Assembly: GCA_041572475.1 (NCBI GenBank)
Contig: JBFFSI010000005.1
Span: 475-64,474, forward strand
Direction of reading: 5' to 3'
Length of the DNA stretch: 64,000 nucleotides
Source: Woeseiaceae bacterium
GTDB taxonomy: Bacteria; Pseudomonadota; Gammaproteobacteria; Steroidobacterales; Woeseiaceae
Shown here: positions 9,237 to 17,511 of the stretch, in pieces
Numbering within the stretch: position 1 is the first letter of the stretch
Layout: each line of letters begins with the position of its first letter
Program-made: the position numbers and the translations under genes
The notes under the pieces: generated by a model
Databases searched by the model: none
Seen by the model: the letters and a program-made list of their open reading frames with translations, nothing else
Told to the model about the DNA's origin: nothing

Positions 9237-10547
9237 ATGCGCAGGATGATCATCATGGGCGCGGCGGGACGCGATTTTCACGTCTTCAACTGCTGTTTCC
9301 GCGACAACCCGGATGCGGAGATCGTAGCTTTCACCGCGACGCAGATTCCGCATATCGAGGATCGCCGCTACCCGGCCTCCCTCGCGGGGCCACGGTATCC
9401 CGACGGCATCCCGATCTACCCGGAGGAGGACCTGGACCGGCTGCTCGCAGACGACGGCATCGACGAGGTCGTGTTCGCATACTCGGACATCAGCCTGGAC
9501 TACGTGGCCGAGAAGCGCCGCCGGGTCGAGGCTACGGGCGTTGTTTTCTCGACCTTCGATATTGATGCGACGATGCTCGTCTCGGGCAAGCCGGTCATCG
9601 CGGTGACCGCCGTCCGGACCGGTTGCGGCAAGAGCCAGGTCTCGCGGAGGATTACCTCGATCCTGAGGGACCTTGGCAAGAGGGCCGTCGCCGTCCGCCA
9701 CCCGATGCCCTATGGCCATATCGCAGAACAGGCAGTGCAGCGCTTTGCAACCCTCGAGGACCTCGAGCGCCACGAGTGCACGATCGAGGAACGCGAGGAA
9801 TACGAGCCGCACATCATGAACGGCGTCGTCGTTTACGCGGGGGCCGACTATGGCGCCATCCTGGCCGAAGCGCAGCAGGAGGCTGACGTGATCGTCTGGG
9901 ACGGCGGCAACAACGACACACCCTTCTTCCGGCCGGACCTCTGGATAGTGATCGCCGACCCGCACCGGCCGGGCCACGAGCTCGAGTACTTTCCCGGGAC
10001 CGAGAATTTCCGCCGCGCCGACATCATCCTCATCAACAAGGTCGATTCCGCGGAGCAGGCGGGCATCGATGCGGTCATGGCCTCGGCAGAGGCCGTCAAC
10101 CCGGGCGCGACCGTCCTCTGTCGGGACTCGGTCCTGCACGTCCCGGATCCGGCGGCGATCCGGGGTAAACGGGTGCTCGCCGTCGAGGACGGGCCGACGA
10201 CGACGCACGGCGGCATGCCGTTCGGGGCGGGCGTGCTCGCGGCGCGCACGAATGGCGCGGCGGAAATCGTGGACCCGCGCGCCGTCGCCGTCGGCGAAAT
10301 CGCGGAGACCTTCGCCGCTTACCCCGACATCGGCCCGTTACTGCCGGCGATGGGCTACGGCGAGCAGCAGGTTCGCGATCTCGAGGCGACGATTAATGCC
10401 GTGGACTGCGACCTCGTGCTGATCGCAACGCCCATCGATCTCGGCCGGCTCGTCGACATCGACAAGCCCAGCATGCGCATCGGCTACGAGCTCGGGGAAG
10501 GGGACGGCACCCTGGTCGAGGCCGTCAAAGGCCTGTTCGCGCGCTGA
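9237..10547 (+). CDS. Cyclic 2,3-diphosphoglycerate synthetase-family protein (often annotated as GTPase)
   Basis: The N-terminus IIMGAAGRDFHVFNCCFRDNPDAEIVAFTATQIPHIEDRRYP and the mid-protein P-loop-like TGCGKSQVS match my recollection of this family. Function in bacteria is unproven. Confidence 0.5.
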   Translation: MRRMIIMGAAGRDFHVFNCCFRDNPDAEIVAFTATQIPHIEDRRYPASLAGPRYPDGIPIYPEEDLDRLLADDGIDEVVFAYSDISLDYVAEKRRRVEATGVVFSTFDIDATMLVSGKPVIAVTAVRTGCGKSQVSRRITSILRDLGKRAVAVRHPMPYGHIAEQAVQRFATLEDLERHECTIEEREEYEPHIMNGVVVYAGADYGAILAEAQQEADVIVWDGGNNDTPFFRPDLWIVIADPHRPGHELEYFPGTENFRRADIILINKVDSAEQAGIDAVMASAEAVNPGATVLCRDSVLHVPDPAAIRGKRVLAVEDGPTTTHGGMPFGAGVLAARTNGAAEIVDPRAVAVGEIAETFAAYPDIGPLLPAMGYGEQQVRDLEATINAVDCDLVLIATPIDLGRLVDIDKPSMRIGYELGEGDGTLVEAVKGLFAR

Positions 10548-10563
10548 AGCCTGCGCCGGGTGG

Positions 10564-10992
10564 TCAGGCGATGCTGACGAGCTCGATGTCGAAGGTCAGG
10601 GCCTGCCCGGCCAGCGGGTGATTGCCGTCCACGGTGATCCCGTCGTCGCGGACGTCGGCGACTACGAAGGTCATGACCTGGCCGTCGGGCGACTGGCTCT
10701 GCAGCTGCATGCCGACCGCGGCGTCGATCTCGTCGGGAAGGGCGGACTTGGGCACGTCCTGGACGAGCTGCTCGTGGCGCGGGCCGTAAGCCTGGTCCGG
10801 CTCGATCGTCACCGACCTGGCTTCCCCGACGCTCATGCCTTCCACGGCCGCGTCGAAGCCCGGGATGACCTGGCCGCTGCCGAGGGCGAATTCGAGCGGC
10901 TCGCGCCCACGCGAACTGTCGAACTCGGTGCCGTCCTGCAGGGTTCCGGTGTAGTGAATGCGCACGGTGTCGCCTGATTTGGCCTGGCTCAT
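10564..10992 (-). CDS. FKBP-type peptidyl-prolyl cis-trans isomerase (SlyD/FkpB-like, with IF insert, no His tail)
   Basis: VRIHYTGTLQDGTEFDSS...FALGSGQVIPGFDAAVEGM...NHPLAGQALTFDIELVSI. Confidence 0.85.
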   Translation of the reverse strand: MSQAKSGDTVRIHYTGTLQDGTEFDSSRGREPLEFALGSGQVIPGFDAAVEGMSVGEARSVTIEPDQAYGPRHEQLVQDVPKSALPDEIDAAVGMQLQSQSPDGQVMTFVVADVRDDGITVDGNHPLAGQALTFDIELVSIA

Positions 10993-11229
10993 ATTGCCTG
11001 CTCCTGGAGAGTTGATCGCCGCAAGAAACGCGTCGGCCGGTCATCCTGGCAGGTGACCGCGAAAGGCTGTTTCAAGGGGACAGGGTTTTGAGATTTGAGA
11101 TGATTTGCGGCGCCACCATAACAGAATAGGTTGGCGGAGCGAAATCCGGCCCCGGCGACGGCCCGGCTGCGGATGTCGCTACCCGCATTTGCTGCTAATC
11201 TCTGGGGATAACAAAAAGGGAGCTAAGCG

Positions 11230-11682
11230 ATGGATACCGCGTGGATACAAGTCTTCGTGCTCACGATCGCGGAGTGCGTGGCGCCGGCCGGGAAAACCGT
11301 GTGCCAGGAGCAGATGTTCGAACTCCAGTTCCTGACCGAGGCGGACTGCCGGGTCGCACTCGAGCAACTCATCACCCTGAAAGAGGCGTCGGCCAACGTC
11401 ATCGTCGATCGCGCGGGCTCGGGCTGCGCGCCGAGTGCGCGCGAGGCCGAGGCGTTCGCGAGTCTCGAGGCGATCAGCGAGGCCAACAAGGACACGATCG
11501 GCTGGCGGCGGCCGGGCCCCGGGGACGGCGATGCCTCCCAGACCCGAATGGCGTACCAGGAGCGTCTCGCGGCCCTCGAACCCTGCGAGGAGACGAAAGG
11601 TGTGACGCCGTGCAAGGTCGGCGAGATCATCATCGAGGACGCAATGGGCGAGCCCGTCGAAGTCTGGCGCCGCGATCAGTAG
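11230..11682 (+). CDS. Hypothetical Cys-containing protein
   Basis: AGGGAG SD lies 7-8 nt before ATG 11230 and GC3 is high. I recognise no family. Confidence 0.5.
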   Translation: MDTAWIQVFVLTIAECVAPAGKTVCQEQMFELQFLTEADCRVALEQLITLKEASANVIVDRAGSGCAPSAREAEAFASLEAISEANKDTIGWRRPGPGDGDASQTRMAYQERLAALEPCEETKGVTPCKVGEIIIEDAMGEPVEVWRRDQ

Positions 11683-11746
11683 ACCGACGCCACAACTCGT
11701 TCGCGGCATCGGCACCGTAGCCGGCGCCTTCCTCGTCCTGAACGGC

Positions 11747-12976
11747 ATGATCGGCGCGGGCATCTTCGCGTTGCCATCTGCCGTGGCCGAGCGCGCGGGG
11801 GTCCTGAGCCCGTGGCTGTTCCTGGCCGCCGGCCTGATGATTATCACCGTCGTCCTGGCCCTTGCCGAACTGGCCAGCTATTTTCGCGACTCGGGCGGTC
11901 CCGTGCTGTATGCCACGGAGGCGTTCGGGCCGCTCGCCGGATTCAGCACGGGCTGGATCTACTACATCAGCCGGGCGGCCGCGGTGGCCGCCAACATGCA
12001 CGTCATGGCGCTGTACCTCGGCGCCGTGTGGCCCTGGTTCGACACGCCGCCGGGCCATGCGGCCGTCGTCGTTGCCGTCAGTGTCGGCCTGACGGCTGTG
12101 AATATCCTCGGCGTCAAGGGCGGTGTGAGTGCGCTGTCGGTGTTCACGTACCTGAAGGTGATCCCGCTGGTCCTGCTGGTGCTCATCGGCATGCGGTCGG
12201 TGGGTCCCGACGTGCTGTTTCCGGCAGCAATTCCGACGATCGATGACCTCGGCGGGACCATCCTGCTGCTGATCTATGCCTTCGTCGGTTTCGAGCAGGT
12301 GCTGATTACCGCGGGCGAAACAACCAGGCCACGTCGCACGATCCCGCAGGCGCTGGTGCGCACCGTCGTCGTGACCGCCGTGTTCTATTTCCTGATCATG
12401 CTCGTCTACGTCGGGGTGCTGGGCGACGAGGTGGGCAACGGCGGCACGCTCGTGGATATCGGGCGGCAGCTGGCCGGGCCGGCCGGCGCGGTCGCAATCA
12501 CGCTCACGGCCGTATTCTCGATCGGCGGCAACCTGTCGGGCACGACCCTCGCGGTACCGCGGCTGACGCTGTCACTTGCCGAGAAGCGCCTGCTGCCGGG
12601 CTGGTTCGGTATGCTGCACCCGCGGTACGCGTCGCCGGCGAATTCCATCCTGTTCTTCGGCGGCCTCGCCATTGCCCTTGGGCTCAGCGGATCCTTCGTC
12701 ATCCTTGCGGTGGCTTCCTCGCTGACGCGCCTGATCACCTTCATGATCTGTATCGCGAGCCTGCCGCGAATACGGGCGCAGGCCAGCGAGGAAGACCGCC
12801 GGACGGCTTTCCGGCTCCGGGGCGGTTATGCGATTCCTCTCGTCGCGCTCGTGGTCTGTGCGTGGATGGCCTCGCACTCCTCGCTCCGGGACTGGCTCTA
12901 TTTCGGCGGATTGTTCGTTGTCGGCCTGGCGCTCTACCTGCTCGAGACACGGGTTTTGCGCAGAAATGCGGGTTGA
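11747..12976 (+). CDS. APC-superfamily amino acid permease (true start probably upstream of the first ATG)
   Basis: Multiple TM helices and a GAGIFALPS TM1 motif. The frame is open from 11606, and the upstream in-frame peptide LVRGIGTVAGAFLVLNG looks like the missing first half of TM1 (see findings). Confidence 0.8.
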   Translation: MIGAGIFALPSAVAERAGVLSPWLFLAAGLMIITVVLALAELASYFRDSGGPVLYATEAFGPLAGFSTGWIYYISRAAAVAANMHVMALYLGAVWPWFDTPPGHAAVVVAVSVGLTAVNILGVKGGVSALSVFTYLKVIPLVLLVLIGMRSVGPDVLFPAAIPTIDDLGGTILLLIYAFVGFEQVLITAGETTRPRRTIPQALVRTVVVTAVFYFLIMLVYVGVLGDEVGNGGTLVDIGRQLAGPAGAVAITLTAVFSIGGNLSGTTLAVPRLTLSLAEKRLLPGWFGMLHPRYASPANSILFFGGLAIALGLSGSFVILAVASSLTRLITFMICIASLPRIRAQASEEDRRTAFRLRGGYAIPLVALVVCAWMASHSSLRDWLYFGGLFVVGLALYLLETRVLRRNAG

Positions 12977-13076
12977 CCGACCCCTGATACTTGCCAGTTT
13001 ACTTTAAGTTTTCGATTCAACCTGCCGGTTCGTGGAAGCCGTCGAAGCGGCCGGCAGATGGTCGCGTTTGAAACCG

Positions 13077-13104
13077 TTGACAACGATTCCCTCATGAATA
13101 GATT
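13077..13104 (+). promoter_or_regulatory. Sigma70-type promoter (TTGACA-16 nt-TAGATT)
   Basis: TTGACA at 13077-13082 and TAGATT at 13099-13104, inside a 507-nt non-coding gap. Confidence 0.5.
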
Positions 13105-13110
13105 GGACCG

Positions 13111-13460
13111 TGAGGCGAGAGCCTCACGCGCCAACAAGTTCGCTTGTTGACAACCGCCCTGCTGGAAGAGGTCCGAGCTTCGACAAGTGTCGGGGGCGGT
13201 GGACGCGAAAGGCGGAACCTTCGGGGAAAGCGAGACACGCGAGTGGGTCGACGGAAACGAAGGAACGCGACGGAGAGACTCGGAAAACCACCGTAGCGTT
13301 ACGCCAAAGGTAGCCCGATACCAAGAACGCAATCGGGCCCGGAAGAAGAAGCCGGCCGCAAGGCCGGGGGACGAAGAAGGGACCAAGAGCGCGACAAAGC
13401 AGTACTACCGAAGCGTCCTCTAATACGGCGGCCCCGTGAGCAATCGCGGGGCCGTTTTTC
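13111..13460 (+). ncRNA. Candidate ~350-nt structured, purine-rich, GGA-rich regulatory RNA (CsrB/Rsm-like or Hfq-binding; family unassigned)
   Basis: A promoter lies upstream. 5' hairpins are at 13109-13128 (GAGA loop) and 13132-13149 (UUCG loop), plus a GCAA-loop hairpin at 13352-13367. About a dozen GGA triplets and a GAAGAAGAAG run are present. A strand-specific intrinsic terminator closes the unit. The embedded ORFs have poor codon usage and no properly spaced SD. Confidence 0.45.
13429..13460 (+). terminator. Rho-independent terminator
   Basis: CGGCCCCG (13429-13436) pairs with CGGGGCCG (13447-13454) across a 10-nt loop and is followed by TTTTT (13455-13459). The U-run exists only on the + strand. 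Confidence 0.75.
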
Positions 13461-13483
13461 GTTCCGGGCTTGAATTCGGGAGG

Positions 13484-14242
13484 CTAAACCAGGAAGGGCA
13501 GCAGCGCGCGGCGCTCGGCAGGGTAGTCGGGAAACTGCTCGCGGTACCAGCGGTGATTCGCGACTGCCCGCGGCGCCAGGTTGGCGATCGTGAACACGGC
13601 GAACGCTAGCCCGGCGAGTGACCAGCTCGCTAACGCCCAGCCCAGCCACGCGATAATCTCGCCGAGGTAATTCGGGCAGGAAACCCAGCGGAAGAGGCCA
13701 CCCTGCGGAATCCGGTAGCCGCTTTCACCGGGTCGTCGCAGCCGCAGCAGGACCGCGTCCGAATGCCGGTTGATCGTCCAGCCGGCGAGAAACAGCGCGG
13801 TTCCCGCGAGAAACAGGGTTCGGCCCGTCCACGCATCGGCGTAGGCGCCGAAATGCGAAATCCAGCGCGCGTTTATGTAAGCGTTCAGGCAGTTGAAGGC
13901 GAAGGCCATCGCAGCGATCAGGACCGGCATGCGCTTCCCGTCAGCCCGGATCCTGAACGGGTAAACGAAGGTCCGGTTGATGTAGTGCAGTTGCCAGAGG
14001 GCGAAGAGGAGCAGCGGCGCCAGGCTCGCCGCGTGATCCCCGAGCGCGTAGATGGCGGCGAATAGCAAAACGGCTGGGCTTTCCATCAGCACCCAGCCCG
14101 CGCGCGCCGGCATGGTCGGACCCCAGCCGCCACGAACATGGCGCCCGTAAGGCGCCGTCACGAAGAGCAGCGACACGAAGCTCAGGGGGGCCAGCACGAA
14201 CATGGCCGCTACCAGGCAGCCGTGAACCTGCAGCTCGGTCAT
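13484..14242 (-). CDS. 3-oxo-5-alpha-steroid 4-dehydrogenase (steroid 5-alpha-reductase) family membrane protein
   Basis: Polytopic membrane protein. The C-terminal NYLGEIIAWLGWALAS...ANHRWYREQFPDYPAERRALLPFLV is characteristic of the family. Confidence 0.8.
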   Translation of the reverse strand: MTELQVHGCLVAAMFVLAPLSFVSLLFVTAPYGRHVRGGWGPTMPARAGWVLMESPAVLLFAAIYALGDHAASLAPLLLFALWQLHYINRTFVYPFRIRADGKRMPVLIAAMAFAFNCLNAYINARWISHFGAYADAWTGRTLFLAGTALFLAGWTINRHSDAVLLRLRRPGESGYRIPQGGLFRWVSCPNYLGEIIAWLGWALASWSLAGLAFAVFTIANLAPRAVANHRWYREQFPDYPAERRALLPFLV

Positions 14243-14258
14243 GTCGGCTTCGGCGCCT

Positions 14259-15797
14259 CTAGGCTTCCTTCAGCTTGTAGGTCCAGCGACCGTATACGTA
14301 CATGCCCGCGGCGGCCACGATGCCGACCGAGCCCATGATGTACCAGGCGATGCCGACGTTGTTGGCCATGTAGAGATTGCCGGTCAGGATTTCGGCCGAT
14401 TGGCCCGAGAGTTCGACCAGCCGCTGGAACGCCTCGCCGATCGGGATCGCATCGACCTCGGCCGGCGACACGCCATCCTCCAGCAGCGCCCGGCGGGCGA
14501 TGGTGTCCTTGGAGCCGTACATGCCGTAGAGGTACTGGCCCGTGAAGCCCTCGATGGTCCAGCCGATACCCAGCGGCAGCTGGCTGAAGCCGAGATACAT
14601 CGCCTTTTTCTGCGCTGGCGCAATGTTGCCGAGGTATTCGGAACTCTTCGGGCTCGACAGCATTTCCCCCATCGAGAAGCTGACGATGCCGAGCACGATC
14701 AGCCAGACGTAGTTAAAGCCGCCGAAAACCATCAGCGTGCCGGCGGCGAGGAACGTGCCGAGCGCCATGGAGTTGGTGGCTCGCATCAACGCGCTCCAGC
14801 CGGCGACGATGAAACAGACGAACATGATCAGCATGGCGTTCAGGTTGACGAGGCCCTCGGGCTGGATCCGCATTCCGTCCTGGTTCATGCCAAGGAAGAA
14901 TATCCAGAACTTGCTCGATGTCCCGTCCTCACCGAACAGGTGACGCACCATGACGGACGTGTCGACCCAGTCGCGGAAATACAGCGGGCCCACGTCCCAG
15001 AATGCATAGAGCATGAACCAGAAGGCCGAGAACAGGACCATGTACCACACCATGATCGGCCGACCGAGTTCCTTGAGGCTGTCCAGCCACAGGCTGCTCT
15101 CGACGACTTCCCCCGACTTCACCTTGTCCCGGTAGGCGAGCCGCTCGTCCTTGTCGATCTCCTTGTAGGTCAGGAGCAGCAGGAAGTTGAGCGAGATGAT
15201 CGCGGCGCAGGCATAGAACACGTACTGCCACTCGAGCTGCCGCAGCTGAGCCGCGAGCAGCGGGCCGAGGAAGCCGCCGATGTTCACGGTCTGGTAGAAG
15301 ACGCCCCAGGCCATGGAACTGTTCTGGCGGTTGGTTGCCTTGACGATCGTCGCCTGGATCCCGGGCTTGAAGATGCCGGTGCCGAACGCAAGGACGATAG
15401 CGCCGGCCAGGAAGCCCCAGAAGCTGTGAAACCAGGCCATGATCAGGTAACCGATGATCTTGAAGACCGTCGAGGCGAAGATGGTCTCCTTGTAGCCGAC
15501 GCGGTCCGATATGCCGCCGGTGACGACCGGCACGAACGACTGCACGAAGGCCCACACCGTGAAGATGATGCCCATGTCGGTACCGGTCAGGCCCAGGCCG
15601 CCGCTCGATACGGAGTTCGTGCCATACAGGCTCGCGACCGAGCGTACGCCGTAGTAGGCGAGGCGCTCGATCATTTCCATGCCGCCGCAGATCCAGAAGA
15701 CGTAAGACAGGCTGGCGATGGCGGCCCAGATGCCGTACTGCTTGACGTCCTTGATGGTTGTCGAGTGGGACTCGGTTGCGAGGTCTGAATTTGCCAT
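14259..15797 (-). CDS. Proton-dependent oligopeptide transporter (POT/PTR2 family MFS)
   Basis: ExxERFxYYG signature as MEMIERLAYYG. The protein is about 512 aa and polytopic. The start is set at ATG 15797 (MANSDLATE...) rather than the ORF maximum of 15944. Confidence 0.85.
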   Translation of the reverse strand: MANSDLATESHSTTIKDVKQYGIWAAIASLSYVFWICGGMEMIERLAYYGVRSVASLYGTNSVSSGGLGLTGTDMGIIFTVWAFVQSFVPVVTGGISDRVGYKETIFASTVFKIIGYLIMAWFHSFWGFLAGAIVLAFGTGIFKPGIQATIVKATNRQNSSMAWGVFYQTVNIGGFLGPLLAAQLRQLEWQYVFYACAAIISLNFLLLLTYKEIDKDERLAYRDKVKSGEVVESSLWLDSLKELGRPIMVWYMVLFSAFWFMLYAFWDVGPLYFRDWVDTSVMVRHLFGEDGTSSKFWIFFLGMNQDGMRIQPEGLVNLNAMLIMFVCFIVAGWSALMRATNSMALGTFLAAGTLMVFGGFNYVWLIVLGIVSFSMGEMLSSPKSSEYLGNIAPAQKKAMYLGFSQLPLGIGWTIEGFTGQYLYGMYGSKDTIARRALLEDGVSPAEVDAIPIGEAFQRLVELSGQSAEILTGNLYMANNVGIAWYIMGSVGIVAAAGMYVYGRWTYKLKEA

Positions 15798-15976
15798 CTC
15801 TGAGCCTTTTGTCGTGCAGATGGCCGCGAAGTCTAACCCGGAAGCGGGGCGCACGGAAATGCAAAGTCGAGTTGATATTCGTAAAAGTACTAACTGGCAA
15901 TTCGACGCCATGCCCCCAAAAAGACATCGCCGGGTGGAACGCACCCGGTGATTAGCCTTGAAGGAGGTGAACAGCT

Positions 15977-16483
15977 GTGCCCAAGGTAAAAAGCATCATC
16001 CCGAAGAAAGAACGTGAATTCGGCGCCGGCCGGGCAATGACGCCGTTCACCCACAGCATGGAGGAGTTCCTGGAGAACTTCTTCCCACGCCGTTGGATGG
16101 AGGGTTTCGAGCCCATGGGCTGGCGGCGTCCGATGTGGCCGGAGATCGAGGAGAAGTTCGATTTCCTGCCCAACGTGGACATCGTCGACAAGGGTGACTA
16201 CGTACTGGTTCGCGCCGAGATGCCGGGCGTCAAGAAGGAGGACCTGGAGATCACCATCGCGGGTGACCGGTTGACTCTGGAGGCGAGGCGCGAAGTCGAG
16301 GAGAAAGAGGAAAAGGACGACTTCTTCCGCCACGAGATGGCCTATGGCCGCATGTTCAGAACCGTCCGCCTGCCGGTCGACGTGCACGGTGACAAGGCGA
16401 CTGCCGAGCTGGAAGACGGCATCGTCGAGATTCACCTGCCCAAGGTCGAGGTGACGACACCCCACAGGGTCATGGTTGCCTGA
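15977..16483 (+). CDS. Hsp20/alpha-crystallin small heat-shock protein
   Basis: AAGGAGG at 15961-15967 precedes GTG 15977. Alpha-crystallin domain DIVDKGDYVLVRAEMPGVKKEDLEITIAGDRLTLEA...ELEDGIVEIHLPK. Confidence 0.9.
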   Translation: MPKVKSIIPKKEREFGAGRAMTPFTHSMEEFLENFFPRRWMEGFEPMGWRRPMWPEIEEKFDFLPNVDIVDKGDYVLVRAEMPGVKKEDLEITIAGDRLTLEARREVEEKEEKDDFFRHEMAYGRMFRTVRLPVDVHGDKATAELEDGIVEIHLPKVEVTTPHRVMVA

Positions 16484-16508
16484 CGGCCCGGACTTTTCAT
16501 TAACCCGA

Positions 16509-16528
16509 GGGGCGGCTGCGGCCGCCCC
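16509..16528. terminator. GC-rich hairpin between convergent hsp20 and tauE-like genes
   Basis: GGGGCGGC (16509-16516), TGCG loop, GCCGCCCC (16521-16528). The T-run is weak (TTGATTG). Confidence 0.5.
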
Positions 16529-16536
16529 TTGATTGT

Positions 16537-17445
16537 CTACAGCAGCCCGAATTTCATGAGGGCAACGATCATCATCGCGACGGCGAGTACGAGGAACAGG
16601 ATGCCGATACCGAGTTCCATCGCGCGCTGGGAAATGCGCCCCTGCAGCCGCGGCCCGATCTGGCCGCCGATCAGCACGCCGGGGATCGAGTAGCAGACGA
16701 GGTTCCAGGGCACCGCGTTGACGCCGCCGTCCTGGATGATCTCGAGCACGAGCGTGGTCGACGCCAGGGCGACGGTTACGATGACGACGAACACGGACGT
16801 GGCCGCCGCAATTCCGACCGGGACGCCCTTGCGCGTCAGCTGCGAGATGATGACCTCGCCGATGCCCACTGACACCATGCCGGTCAGGAACGCCCCGACG
16901 CCGATCGTTGCCGTTTCCCGTGGTCGCAGGTGTGGCATCGTGTAGACATACTCGCGGCCATCCGAATCGGTCTTGGTGCGCGCCTCGCCCAGCGGCTCGG
17001 AGCGCCCCACGGTAACCACCGCGGCCGTGTGCTGGTGCAGGAACAGGATGCCGATGGCCAGCACCAGCACGAGTAGCGCATAGCCGCCGACGAGCAGGCC
17101 CTCGTGAACCTCGTGCGCGACGATAGCGCCGAGGATGGCCACCGGGACCGACAGCTTGAGAAAGCGCACGCCCATGGCGAAGTCGATCATGCGCCGGCGG
17201 TAATAGCCGATGAACCCGGACGTGAAACCGAAGGTTTCGGTCAACAGCGCCGTGCCGATCGCCGCGAGCGTCGAACCGAGCGGGTACTCGGGGCCCAGCA
17301 GCGGGAAAATCAGGATGAAGATCGGGGTAAACAGCGCCGCGCCGCCGATTCCACTCAGCATCGCGCAGGTCGCGACGCAGATCGAGACGGGGAACATGAA
17401 CCAATAGAGCGTGAAGTCCATCGGTGGCGTCAAACCCGGGAACAA
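16537..17445 (-). CDS. TauE/SafE-family anion (sulfite/organosulfonate) exporter, copy 1
   Basis: About 8 TM helices and internal duplication with GIGGAALFTP / VGIGEVIIS-type motifs. Confidence 0.75.
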   Translation of the reverse strand: MFPGLTPPMDFTLYWFMFPVSICVATCAMLSGIGGAALFTPIFILIFPLLGPEYPLGSTLAAIGTALLTETFGFTSGFIGYYRRRMIDFAMGVRFLKLSVPVAILGAIVAHEVHEGLLVGGYALLVLVLAIGILFLHQHTAAVVTVGRSEPLGEARTKTDSDGREYVYTMPHLRPRETATIGVGAFLTGMVSVGIGEVIISQLTRKGVPVGIAAATSVFVVIVTVALASTTLVLEIIQDGGVNAVPWNLVCYSIPGVLIGGQIGPRLQGRISQRAMELGIGILFLVLAVAMMIVALMKFGLL

Positions 17446-17511
17446 AAAAGCGACGCAGTATTACATCAATTAAACTGCTTGTGTCGACCCGGTAACAAAC
17501 TGAAATGAATT

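Noticed and set aside
11088-11101. Tandem heptamer TTGAGAT-TTGAGAT in the gap upstream of the hypothetical gene at 11230.
   Set aside because: Two copies of 7 nt are too short to distinguish from chance, and no further copies were seen.
13187-13423. A 78-aa ORF (GTG start) inside the sRNA candidate, considered as a small charged or stress protein.
   Set aside because: The nearest SD-like GAAGAGG is about 15 nt from the GTG. GC3 is clearly lower than in real genes here. It is rich in GGA, CGA, AGA, AGG, ACA and GTA codons. The sequence is better explained by RNA hairpins with GNRA and UUCG loops. It is not fully excluded.
13111-13460. Identity of the structured RNA as tmRNA, RNase P RNA or 6S RNA.
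   Set aside because: There is no tRNA-like 3' end (no GGTTCGAnTCC T-arm, no CCA context) and no tag-peptide reading frame ending in an ALAA-like sequence. There is no GGAAAGTCCGGGC-type RNase P core. The length and architecture do not fit 6S RNA.
15930-15967. ROSE-like RNA thermometer controlling hsp20.
   Set aside because: The perfect hairpin (15930-15948) does not include the SD (15961-15967), and I found no anti-SD partner for it. Temperature-dependent SD occlusion is therefore not supported.
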